Assembly (NCBI GenBank): GCA_021613535.1
Contig: CP075497.1
Location: 6,696,001-6,760,000, forward strand
Origin: Adineta vaga
Lineage: Eukaryota; Animalia; Rotifera
Length of the DNA: 64,000 bases
Reading direction: 5' to 3'
Below are positions 12,077 to 24,650 of this stretch, piece by piece (the first letter of the stretch is position 1; each line of letters opens with the position of its first letter). The notes under the pieces were generated by a model. That model made no database searches. It had not been told where the DNA came from and saw only the letters and a list, made by a program, of their open reading frames with translations. Both the position numbers and the translations under genes were made by a program.

Positions 12077-13935
12077 ATGGCTAAGAATAAAGATAATCCA
12101 TTGAATCTTGAAATTCTCCCTTGGAGTACAATTGCTAATTATTTAAAAGATAATATTCAAATTAAACGAAGCAATCCAAATGATCATTGGTTAGAATTAT
12201 TAAATGAACGTGCAGCTAATTCTCATCGAGAACTCGCACGAGCGACACCAGCTGTTAATAATTATATGCAATGGATACGAGCAAGAGCTAAAAATATCAA
12301 AGCACCATCCAAACCTATTCCATCATCTATTCTGGGTAAAATATATAAAACATACAGCTGATTTGCAATTATTTACATATGAACTTTTTAGGACAAAATA
12401 TTGTCGAAGGTGCATTGATTGATGTTCGAATATCTTGTCGAGGTCCCGATGATAAATTATATGATCGAGATGCTCAATTAAGACAACGTTTACCACGTGG
12501 ATGTACGTTAATGGAATGTCGGTTGAAAGATGAAGCTCAATCACGATTAGATTTTGTACTATTTGCATTACGAAAATTTAGTGGTGGTCTTGGGTAAGAT
12601 TTTTCGAATGTCATTAGCAAATGTGAACGATATTTACTTTTGAATAGTGATGATGATGATCGTGAAGATGATAATCAAGCATGGCTTCGATATTTTCTTG
12701 AACATCCTCGAACAGCATCACAAATAATCTGCACAAAAAAAGTCAATGGTAATAACAACATATCTTCATTTTCTCTATTCATCATCTTCATTTGATTGAC
12801 ATAGGTGAAGCATGTCATCTTTCATGTATATCTCTTCCACCTGATAATCGTCTCATGTTAATTGCTGGTTCAAAAAATGTTCATTTATGTTTCCGTACTC
12901 ATTCTGATATTTCAATGTATGGAAATGAATCAACATATAATTATGCTAGTTCATTTTGTCATACAATTCTTGATACTTTAGCACGAATGCCTGATCAAGG
13001 TTCAAAATTATTAAATTTTCTTTCACTAACACGCTACACAGCTGTTTTTGAAATTTTAAATTATGCACATCAACATGTGGTGAATTTATCGTACTTAAAA
13101 GATGAAGATAATCGTTCAGAATTGAAATTTATTACGTTTTCACAAGTTCCACAAGATTTCGATGCTGTTGTAACAAATCTATGTGCATTACCACCAGATT
13201 ATGGAATTGAAATTGCTCGTTGTTTACATTTATCAACAACTGATTATGATATTATTGAAAATCAACCACATATTCTCAATGAATATTTAACGTCAATTAA
13301 ATATCGACATGAATGTGAAGGTTTGACAATGAATTATCTCATTTCATTTTCTCTATTTCCTTCTTCGCATTGTAGGTAGTGTTCTTTACTTTCTGAATAC
13401 AAATGATCAAGTTATTGGTTTATTAAAGAAGAAAACAATATGGTATGTAGTTCTTCGTGCTATACGTGAAAAAGCACGTCCAATGTTAGCTGGTTGGGAA
13501 AAAGAACATAAATTGGATGTAGCTGATACAATTCAAAGGATAACTCGTCGTTTAAATGCTATACAAAAATGGTTAGGTTTCTCAAATGAAATTCTTGATC
13601 AATGGAAATTATTAGCTGGACAATTCCTAAAATGGATAGCAGAAGGTGGACGAAAGAGAACGATTACACGAGCGGATGTTGCTGATCAATATCCAGCGCT
13701 CTGGTCGAAATTTCTTCAAGAAACAAATAATGATGGTGATTTTATGAGTAAATTACCAAATCAAGTTCGAGAAGAAGATGTTTGGAAAGAATTGAATGCA
13801 TTGAAAATTGATGAAAGAAAAGGTAAAGATGGAAAACGAAGCAAAACCAAACAACCAAGCGATTTAGAATGTGAAGATGATACTGCTTTGCATCTTCCAG
13901 AAGCAGAAGAAGACGACGATGAAGCAGAGAACTAA
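12077..13935 (+). CDS. Putative ATP-dependent RNA ligase (T4 Rnl1 / Trl1-LIG-like covalent nucleotidyltransferase), 545 aa, 5 exons: 12077-12335, 12392-12593, 12648-12748, 12805-13320, 13376-13935
   Basis: Four GT-AG introns join into an open 1638-nt frame. Ordered motifs: PRG...ALRKFSG, motif I TKKVNG, Ia AGSKN, III AVFEIL, IIIa FITF, IV ECEGSVLYF, V LLKKKTIWY, then a predicted helical C-domain and an acidic tail. Confidence 0.75.
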
Positions 13936-14878
13936 AACTTGTATTTTTGTATTCTTATTTAGCTTTATTTACTCAGCAATGAATAGAATAATAATTCTAT
14001 GCATCGATTATTATATAAATAGGAATTTTAAAAAAATAAAATCTTTCAAGCAGATGTATCGTCGTATTCGCTTGATGTGGAAATATCAAAGAATAATAAA
14101 AGATCGATTTCGATAGGAGAGATCTATCCATCAAGCAAAGATCATCATCCAATAGCGCTGGATATTAAACTAACATAAACAAATCAAATAGATAACACAG
14201 ACTGTTTCTATATTGAAAAGAAACATTTCCACATTGATGATCTCTGGATATTTATAAGAGATTAATTTGACGTTTCTCTGCATGAAAAAAGACATAACTG
14301 TCGATTCATATATTTGTGATATGACAAGAGAGGGAAAAAAGAAGATCTTTCAAGATTCTTTAAAAAAAAAAGCAAGGGATAACAATTATCGAACTCTTAT
14401 CATTGTCTGTTTGCAAGCTAAAAATAACTAATTTGTTTTGTACTTTCGTCGATATAGTCATGTTTTTCTTCTAGAATAGATTAGATTTAGCGTTTATTTT
14501 CTTCCTTCCTTTCTTATCGTCTATTGCGCGAATGGTTACATTAATTTCAAGCCTTTACGAATCAAACTCTGTCTCAAATTGAGAAGGAACAAATGAGAGA
14601 GTAATGGTAGAAGGAAAAAAAATACAACACCATCTTTTACTAGCAAAAGCTTGTCATAGAACAGGAAAATATGACGAGAGTAAAAGCAATTGTGTGGGTG
14701 GTGATAGTAAATCAAAGCAAAAAAATACCCGAAGAAACAAGAAAATAGTTCTAGACCCGCGAAGAATTTGTGACATCTTTGATTGTCACGATTATTTGCA
14801 TCTACGTTGTCGAGTTCTTGGAAAGATGTTAGATAATATTTTTCTTTTCAGATTTCATCGTATCCATTGAATCTAAAC

Positions 14879-16560
14879 ATGTCATCAAGTATAAGCGAAT
14901 TTTATGAAGGCAAAAATATCTTAGTTTTTGGTTCGACATCTTTTCCGGGAAAAGTTTTACTCGAGAAATTATTACGATCATGTCCAAATCTCGACAAAAT
15001 CTATTGTCCAATTCGACCAACTATCAAAAGTCAACTTCATCATTTGTCACCCGTGGATACATTTGCAGAAATCTATACAACAAAATTATTCGATCGTGTC
15101 AGACGTAATAATGCAAAATTTCAAGAAAAGATTATTCCATTTGATATCAATCTTCTTATGTCATCAACGACAATAACTGAAACAGGACTAGACCATGATG
15201 AACAAAATCAATCAACACAATCGATCTCTTGGAGAAAATTACAAGAAACAATTGATTTATGTTTCTATATTGCCGATAATTCGGTCGATTTCGAAGAACA
15301 AAATCTCAAAGATATGATACAAACCAATGTTATGGATTTAAAAAATATTCTAACATTTTTAAAAACATGTACACAATTGAAATCAATTGCTTATTTATCA
15401 TCAATTTACGCAAATATCGGTAAAATATTCTTCTCTTCATTAACTTTGCTTTTCAATGTTTATTCTATTTAGATTGTCCGTATATTGATGAATGTATCTA
15501 TCCATGTCCAATTGAACCACAAAAATTAGTTGATGCACTTGATTGGATGGATAAAGAAATGGTTGCATTAGCCACTCCAAAATTAATTGGAACAAAACCA
15601 AATGCGTTTACATTTTCACATTGGCTTGCAGAAACAATTTTATCTGAAGAACAAAAGCATCTTCCAACGATATCAATTGTTCGTGTATCGATTATTGGTG
15701 CCGCTTGGAAAGAACCCTATCCTGGTTGGATAGAAAAATCGAATGGACCAAGTGAACTATTTGTTGCTGCTGGTCGAGGGTATTTACGTTCGATGAAAAG
15801 TGATTCGCTTGACATTCTCGATATTGTACCTGTGGATATTCCTGTGAATCTATTAATTGCAGCAACATGGGAAAAATGTCATGAAGAAAATAAAGAACAT
15901 TTAACAATTTTTCATTGTACTTCAAGTGGTTTGAATCCATTTCATTGGCAAGAGATGAGCAATTATTTTACTGAATATTCCAAACGTATTCCATATGAAC
16001 ATGCATTTCGTCGTCCAAATTTATCCGTTACAAGTCATAGTTTAATTCATGATTCTTATGTCTTTTTTTCACATTTAATTCCAGCTTATCTAGCGGATTT
16101 TGGTCTACGTATAATCGGTCGAAAAGCACATGTTGTTGATATCTATAAAAATCTTCATCGAATTCTTCTTGGTCTGGAATCCTTTACTCATCGAGGAGAA
16201 ATTCAATGTTCATATGATAGTTTAAATTCTTTAAGACAAGTAGTGAGTGAGACAAATAATTTAAATGAATTCTATTTTGATATTCGTGCATTACATTGGC
16301 CAACTTATGTTGAATCATATTTAATTGGAACAAAACGTTATGTTTTAAATGAAGATATGAATTGTTTGAATAGTGCACAAAAACATTTAAATAATTTACG
16401 AAATATTCGTTGGACTTTTAATACAATTATTCTTGTTCTTCTATGGAGAATATTCATATCGAAACGACCAACAGCAAGAAATCTTTGGTATTTCATAATC
16501 AATTTTTTTGTGGCAAAATTTGTTCGATTCTTTAAAATATTCAGTGCAGGAAATACATAA
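14879..16560 (+). CDS. FAR1: Fatty acyl-CoA reductase family protein (FAR1/male sterility domain) with degenerate active site; intron 15420-15472
   Basis: MSSSISEFYEGKNILVFGSTSFPGKVLLEKLLRSCP, IVRVSIIGAAWKEPYPGW, DIVPVDIPVN, FHCTSSGLNPFHW, FDIRALHWPTY and a C-terminal TM segment. Confidence 0.9.
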
Positions 16561-18261
16561 ACTAGTCGATAGAATCTATACTATACGACATTCGTTTATG
16601 CAGTACTTTATTCTTCTTTTTTCTTCTTATATTTTTGTCTCTCTTAGACCGGTTGATGTTGTATTTGTCTTCAGTTTTGCTCTTATTCTTGTTCGTCCGT
16701 GGCTTTAGCAACAAAATAAAAGACATTGTCCGACACATAATCAAAACAAGGAATATTTTCATTTGCGCATAAGAATTCAAACCATGAGGATTTATTTGTT
16801 TTTCTTCTTCTCCATCATGAAAAATTTTAGTTATTTATGATTTTTAATACTTTGTTACATTCGCTTTTGAAATTGTACATATCAGCGATGAAATTATGCC
16901 ATCTGTCATTATTGATTGTTGATCGATATCGCTTACATTCTGTTCTTTGATCTTGATATTCTATGATTGAAACAATCTCTTATCGGCATGCGGAAAATTG
17001 GAATGAGTTACAAAACTGAAAGATAGAATGTGATTTTTCATAATGAACTGACTTTCGGATCTGGAAAAAGTATCTTCCCTGCCAGTAACTCATTCTGATC
17101 AAATAGTAGAAGTATAACTTTTGATAACTAAATCAATATGCGATGAAGATGATATTTAAAATGTTCTATAATCAGATGTGTTAACCCTTTCTTTTTTGTA
17201 CACTTTAGTCACGACTATAACAAGAATTGTTTGAACAAATATTTTCCCGTAGATTTCATCAACGCAAACAATACGATTCAAACTTTCCATCAATAGTTCT
17301 TCAACATTATTTGAATGAAACTAGTTTCATACACACATCAATTTTTACTTCCTGCTTTCTATACTTCAACAATTATAGTAAGCAAAAGATCTTGAATACT
17401 ATTATTGTCAACGATTTATCAAATAAGTAGACGACGCCCACCCAAAAAAAAACAGATTCTAATTCTTTTCGTTTCGATTAGTTATACATCTTTCTAATAT
17501 TTAGATCTTTATTAATAAATGAGTAATGTTGCTTGAAAAACTTTTCTTACAAAGAATCTAACTACAGAAAAAAGTTGTTAGAAAAGGATTTACTTCGTTA
17601 ATATATTTACATTCGAATAAATTTAGATAACTAACAATGACAAGAAAGAAAGATTTTCACATCGATCTGTATTATTTTCATAGTCGATGTGTTAAAATCG
17701 TCGTATCCTTTTTTTCTGTTACCAATGTTGACAAAAGAAATTTGACACTTTTTTCGAACAAGAATATAGAAAAGGTTTTGTTTAAATCTTAAAATATCAA
17801 ATCGTTTACGGATCATATCGATAATGTTAAGAAAACTGATAAATATTATTCTTTCTCTTTTTCTTTCTAAGTCTTTGGAATTCTTATGCCTTTTATGAAT
17901 TTGTCGGTTCGATAGTAAACGATTGTTCGGATCCGATCCGTTCGTCCATTGAGACTAAAAGAATGATGTGTCGAAATAACAATAAGTTGACTTCACTCTA
18001 TTTTCTATGCTTTATATTCGAAACAAAAGAGAAAGTGGTTTCTCCTCCAACGCAGGAGAAAATAGTTTTACTGTAATTTTCTCGAGAGTTTTTCATGCCT
18101 TTGATGTCCGGTATTTATCGGTTGATGTCAAGAGAAGAGACAGAGGGAAAGAAAAGTTCTATTTTCTCTCTCTACTTCTCTCTAACGAATAATAATAAGT
18201 AAATGAAAACTTCATTTGCTTTTTCTCATATACTGATTGCCATTTCTCTCCAATCTTGAAA

Positions 18262-18622
18262 ATGATTATGTCAACATGGTTCGTACGTTTCGTCATATTT
18301 ATCATTGTTTGTTTATCAATTGCTCATGCATATCCATCATCAATGAATAAACAGAAATGGGTAATTTCAATTCCTAATCATTATTCATTTCTATTACCAC
18401 GAATCTTTTCTTTAGTTACAAGGAAATCTTGAAAATCATCCTCATGCTGTCTATGAAATTTCATCAGATAGTCTCGATACTGGTAATTGAAAAACTAAAA
18501 AAATTTGTCTTTCTTTTTAATTCTATGTTTGTCTTACGATATATTTAGATCTGATCGAAAACGATGGTATTCCAACATGGTTATATCGTTCGCGTAAATT
18601 CTGTTGTGCACCTCCATTGTAA
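18262..18622 (+). CDS. Small secreted prepropeptide (79 aa), 3 exons: 18262-18360, 18416-18482, 18549-18622
   Basis: Spliced translation is MIMSTWFVRFVIFIIVCLSIAHAYPSSMNKQKWLQGNLENHPHAVYEISSDSLDTDLIENDGIPTWLYRSRKFCCAPPL*. It has canonical 55- and 66-nt GT-AG introns and a signal peptide ending AHA|YP. Confidence 0.75.
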
Positions 18623-18739
18623 TTTGCTTTTCTTGATTTATGAAAAAGAAACTCGAAGAATTATATATTGAAGAAAAGATCGAAAAAAGAAAGAAAAATA
18701 TTACAGATCTTGTTATGATATATCTAGTCTGGTTTTTTT

Positions 18740-20289
18740 TTACAAATTCGGTTGGATTATATTCGTTGAGGATGATATATCTTCGAATTGACCATCAAGT
18801 CTTTCATCAGTTGAATTATCAAGTAATGGATTTACATCTGAATCGATAAGTTTATCATCTTCATCATTAGGATTTAGTATCGTTGTATCAGCATACATAA
18901 TTTGAGGAATAAGTACTTTCGAACTAAAAATCTATCAGATAAAATAGAAGATTTAACAGAGAAATTCTACCTTAATGCTCGACGAAGAAATTGATAGTAA
19001 ACAAATGGAGCAAAACAGATATAAAATATACAGGTTGTACCTTCGACGATGCTGCAAGAAAAAGAGCGAATGTTAATTTCTTAGTCACCTATATAATGTA
19101 TTGATTTAACATGAATCTATAATCTATTCTAGAGTTAATTAATCTTTCAGACTACTATCCACAATCATATCTTACCACATGCTATATATCGTTGTTTCTG
19201 TTAAATTTAATACCGTTCCAATAATTTGAATAAGATTTATTGAAGCCAAAATAAAACAATAAATATAAAACGATCGACGAACTAAATCAAAATATAGAAT
19301 TTTTCCAAAACACAAAAGGTTTATTTTTTTTACCTGGTAAATGAGTTTGATATTGACGACATAAACATGAGAGAGTAATAAGAAGAAAATATATCTACAT
19401 AAATCGGTAATTGAAACGATGTTGACTGCAAAGAAAACACCTTACCATCAAAAAAATCGAACTGGATGTAAGAAAAAATTTCATTCCACCATGTGAATAG
19501 AGATTATAACTACTCGTTTGAAATTGTATTGGTCGAGTATCATTATGAAATTCGAATGAAGCCTTGAAAAGTAACGACATTTCCATCTAACAAATAAAAA
19601 TCGAAAATGAAATCTTACTTGAATAGATATGTATATAGCGGTACAAATAAATGAAAGAAACAGGATTTTAATTGTTTTGATTAATTGTTGGTTTGAATTC
19701 GAAGATCCTGAAAAGAATTAAATGAACACAATAATATGTTCTTGTCATTCAATTAAATTTTACCGAAACAAATACCAAAGAAAAGAATACTTAATTCTGT
19801 CCATAGAATTGTTAATTGTACAAATAACCAAAGAATCTAACATAAAATCTCGTTTTCAACTCAACGAAATCAAAATGAATCATCTTACTTTCACAACAAT
19901 TTCTTCATCAGAAAAAATCATCACAAATGAACATCGTACTATATTTGTTAACGTAATCAAAACAAGTAAACAAGTAACACTGAATAATAATGGTTTGTTC
20001 GTATTAAGTTTAGTTCGTGTTTGAATCCATTTAATGATTAAGAATAAAAGAAAGATCACATTGGGTATGAGAATACTTAAATCATAGTATCGAATTCTAA
20101 CAAAAGAATGATGTATTAATATTCAAATAGAATTAACATTAGAGAAGCGCACATGTAGCATTATTTAGTTTTCTTTCTGATTAGATTGTGCATGAAAAAT
20201 CAATCTGAGATGAACACTTACTTTGTTGAAATGATTTTCTCCGTTCGAAATCGAACACAAAATGGTAAATTTTTCGAATCGAGTAACAT
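18740..20289 (-). CDS. TPRA1: Transmembrane protein adipocyte-associated 1 (TPRA1/GPR175), multi-exon 7TM-like protein
   Basis: ATG 20289 MLLDSKNLPFCVRFRTEKIISTK spliced to IRYYDLSILIPNVIFLLFL; later WTELSILFFG, YNLYSHGGMKFFLTSS, RRSFYIYCFIL and FAPFVYYQFLR, all TPRA1 family motifs; acidic C-terminal tail. Confidence 0.85.
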
Positions 20290-20426
20290 CTAAAAAATTG
20301 ATTTTTATTTTTTTGAGATTCATCAAAGAAAATTTAAGAGCGATAAAAAACAAAGATAATGCATGTATTGAGTATAATAAATAGTTTCAGAAGAAAAAAA
20401 AAGAAATGTTTGATTATTTATAAATG

Positions 20427-20921
20427 TTAATTGCGTAATAATTTTCGAACCCATTCTTCGTAATGTATTAAACCATTTTTATCTTCAAGACCTGTAAGTA
20501 ATTGTTCAACTTCTTCATCGGTTAAACGTTCGCCAAGATTAGTTAATAGATGACGAAGTTCAGCTGATGAAATATGTCCATTTTGTTCTTTATCAAAAAC
20601 TTTTAAACCTAAAATACAATTTGAAAACATAATCTTATTTTCTTTCTGAATAAAAAATATACCTTCGATGAGTTCTCCTTCACCCATACTGTTATCCTTC
20701 TTTTTTGCTAATGAATCATAGAGTGGTAAGAATTCTTCGAATGAAATTCGATCGGCTTTTAAATTTTGTGTTGTACTTTTAATTTGCCCTTCAGTTGGGT
20801 TTAATCCAAGTGCTCGAATAACTTCACCAAATAAATGTTTTGGAATTTTATCATCACCACGATCATCGAATAGGCTAAAAGCTTCACGAAAATCTGGTAA
20901 ATCATCTCGTATAGGCGGCAT
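20427..20921 (-). CDS. MYL6: Myosin essential light chain (MYL6/Mlc-c-like EF-hand protein), one intron at about 20610-20661
   Basis: [66 protein letters not shown]. Confidence 0.92.
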   Translation of the reverse strand: MPPIRDDLPDFREAFSLFDDRGDDKIPKHLFGEVIRALGLNPTEGQIKSTTQNLKADRISFEEFLPLYDSLAKKKDNSMGEGELIEGIFFIQKENKIMFSNCILGLKVFDKEQNGHISSAELRHLLTNLGERLTDEEVEQLLTGLEDKNGLIHYEEWVRKLLRN

Positions 20922-21521
20922 AATTTCGTTTTATATCCACGAATAGAATGAAAAGGTGTCAATTGACTTGTCTATTTAAATTAGCAGTGTTATTTACTGA
21001 CTTTGTATTGTGTAGGCGATGTCTATCGTAAAGTATGTATACGATGTGAATGATGTTTAATGTAGGTGGTAAAGAACGAATGCGATGAGAAGAAAAAGAA
21101 TAACATTTTTCATTCTTTCTCGTCATATGTTATATGAAAAGTGTGAATCAAACATTCGACATGTATTGATAAGAATAACGAGAGATTCATTCTCTTATAT
21201 AACATTGATATGACTAATTCAATATGAAATGATAGAAATATTCTTGACTATATCTAGAACATAAGAGATCATCATCATCATCATATTATCACAAAAAAGA
21301 AGACGAATACATAGGATTTGCTGGTTCTTTTATGTTTACATTTGTTTGACTAATATTATCATAAAAAGAAAAATGAGAACAACCAATAGAAGTAAATAAG
21401 AATAATGATTGAGACGAATAAATAAAATAAAATGTTCACTTTATTTACAATATCTTTGAAATAGATCAGAAGAATCGTGTGTAAAAATAATCATTTTCAT
21501 CCTCGTCATTTGCTTTTTTCT

Positions 21522-24028
21522 TTATGGACTATTGACTGCACATTGTGCTAATAAATGATTACGACACATATCGCATACACGAACCGGTTTATTTGAACTA
21601 GGTAAAGGAAATTTTGTGCCTGCACATGTTTCACAAAAGATTTGACCACAACTAAATAAAAAAGAATGAGAAAAATCGATGGAATATTTTTCTCTTACTT
21701 TCGACAATGATGTTTTCTTCTAAGTTGACTGAATTCTTTTTTACATTGACAACAGTCTTTTACATCTTCATCTTTCATCCATGTTGATGATCTTAAACCA
21801 TCTTTTTCTCGAAATTCATCTTCACGTTTAATTGAGACTTCTAATTTCAATGCTAATTCTCTTATTGTTTCTTCTTGATCTTGAAATTTCTTTTGCAAAT
21901 CATTTTGTTGTTTCGTCATTTCTTTTTTATATGCATCGTATTCCTAAAATTGTCAATTAAAACAAAACAAAAGAATCCACCAATCAATTACTTGTTTGAT
22001 AAGATTCAGTTCATGAATATCGAATTGTAAGGATGATACTTTTTCTTTTTCACCTGTCAAAGTTTGTTGAAGACGTTGACGAAAATCTTTTTCAACACGT
22101 AAATCCGTTTCAATCGATGTTCTAGAAGATGAAGATGAATTGAATATTTTTCTATCAAAACATTTTACAAACTTTTCAGCATCAATTTTTGCAAGATCAC
22201 GACTCAGAGATTCATTGGTATCATTGAGTGCATGTTTTTCTTTATTAATCTCTTCGATACTTTAAATAAAAGAACAAATAAGAAATGATTTGAGAAGAAG
22301 AATTGTTTTACTTAGTTTCCAATTGACTTATTGTTTCTCTTAACATTTGATTTTCTTTTTCTAATGCTTGAATTTGATGTTCGTGTTCATCATTTCGACT
22401 GCTTTCAATCTAATGTTTAAAATATTATTCAATTACAATCGAAGTGAAATCGATTTGTAAGAATCTTACTTGTAATTTTTCTGAAAGTCGAATATTTTCA
22501 TCTTTAATTCCATCGATTTGTTCTTTCATATGAGTATATAATGTTGTTTTTACTTCCATATCTTTTCCCATTAATTTTGTTGCCTCAATAAAATCATTTT
22601 TCTGTGCTAATTGTAATTGATATTCAGTTTCAATATCCTAAATGATTTGTAAAGAGATTTGTATTATATATCAATATTCAAAAAGATTTACTAGTTTTGA
22701 TGAAATTTCATCATTGTATTTCTTCTGTAATTCATTATAGATAAGATCAAGACCAGCACGAGATTTTTGATAGGTTTCACGTTCAACTGCCATATCAGAA
22801 TTGAGTGTCTAAAAATCAGAAGTGAGACGTTTTAAATGTAATGTTTAGAAGAGGAATAATATACTTCAATTTTTGCTTGATAAGATGCTTGTATTTGTTC
22901 TTTTTCTGTTTTCACTTTTGTTAAATCAGTTTCTAGTTGTTCAATTCGAAATTTTTGCACTATACCATCTTCCATTAAAGATTTATTTGTTTGTTCAACT
23001 GTTTGTAAACGTTCATGTAAACTACTCACTGTTCTCCTATAGAAAATAAGATGATAGAAAAAAAACAAATCTTTTCTTGGTAAAAATTTTTACTGTAAAT
23101 TTCGATGAAGTTCTTCAATATAATTCTTTTGATCGATTATATTTGAAATACGTTGATCATCAAAGGTTAGAAGATCATTATTACTGGTAATAATAACTGT
23201 ATCTGAATTTTGTGTACTTGTTCGTGTTAATGGTGATGATGATAAAGATGAATAATCATCTAATTCATCAATTTGATCTTCAATAGCACCTGGTGGATGA
23301 GTATTATTCGATGTTGATTGAGATGGAATACGTCTTTCACGTAAATATAAACTATAGTAAATTGTTGTTTCACTTGGTTGATCCAGTGAAGCTTCTTTTA
23401 AGCAAAAATTCAAATCTAATACATTCAAACCAACTAATAAACCAGTGATCATGGAAATTTCATCGGATAATAGTAATGCTTGAGGTTCATAGAAATCTTT
23501 CAATTCTTGTTTTTGTTCTACAAGAATTTTGAAATAATCTGCTAAACGTTTCTGCATTAAAGCTAAACGTAACCATGCACGTACACGACCTAATGCCGTT
23601 CGAATATTGGTCATTTCTTTGGATGATACAGAGATTTCAAAAACATCAGTATCCGTTGATTTTCGTGCAATAAGTTCAATCAATGGCCAAAGATCTCTTC
23701 GATTAGCTGCCGGAGTTATTGGAAAGGATTTTTTACCAGTATAACCATGTAACAGAATATGTTCGAAGACAATAAAGAAATGTTTTAGAGGAAAATATTC
23801 TTTTTCAAGTAAACGTTCATGTCGTAAACTTGAATTTAATAAATCTTTCATTACTAATTTGAAAATGCATAATAAATTTTGTTTTTCAATCACCAAATGA
23901 TCGGAAGCTAAACAGAATTCGAGAAAATGAAGAAATATACTCAACTATAGACGAATGATTTTACTTTGTTCTGTTGAATTAAATAGATTAGTTAATGAAC
24001 GTCCATCACTTATTAATGAAAACGGCAT
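21522..24028 (-). CDS. RUFY2: RUN and FYVE domain-containing protein (RUFY1/2-like), about 10 exons
   Basis: RUN domain (RTALGRVRAWLRLALMQKRLADY, LLVGLNVLDLNFCLK), coiled-coil exons, and FYVE domain (WMKDEDVKDCCQCKKEFSQLRRKHHCR / CGQIFCETC...PVRVCDMC). Confidence 0.9.
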
Positions 24029-24650
24029 GATGGATAACAATAATGTATGATCAAGATCAAAATAGGTAAGCTTTTCGAACGTTTTGATCACGTTTTCTTT
24101 TCTTCTCTCTTATATGATAGACGATTATTGGTTGTTGGACGCCATTCGATTATTTCTTTTCCGGTTTTTAATTGTAAAAATGGTAATACACTACTTCGCT
24201 TATATAATAAATCTGTGTTATAATGACATCTATCGGAAAACCATATACATACTGAAATTGATTGTATGAAGAGAGAGAGAGAGATAGATTCATTATTGTT
24301 TGTTTTCTAGAATAGTTGAATGCTAATCTTTTTCCTTTTGTTTTATTCATAATATTTGAAAACAAAGCACATTTTATTCATTTCTTATCACACAAGAACA
24401 GAGCACAATTTTTTTTCTCTAAATATATATCTTTCATATGAAATACAAAAATAAACAGTTTTGCAAATGTAAAAGCGCATTTAAATAGTTTGTTTTTCTT
24501 CAATAGTATACAAAGCTATCGAACTTTCTTTTCTCTTCCTCTTGAATAAATAAGAAACAAAGATTCAAGCAACGAAATAGAACGACTAGAGAAAAATAAA
24601 AGACACGAAAAATGAATGCATTGATAAGCTTGATTAAATAATTGAAATTA

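Noticed and set aside
12077-13935. DNA ligase or mRNA capping enzyme identity for the nucleotidyltransferase
   Set aside because: KxNG with SKN motif Ia, an upstream RG...KF motif and no apparent OB-fold or motif VI fit Rnl1/Trl1-type RNA ligases better. This is not fully excluded without a structural search.
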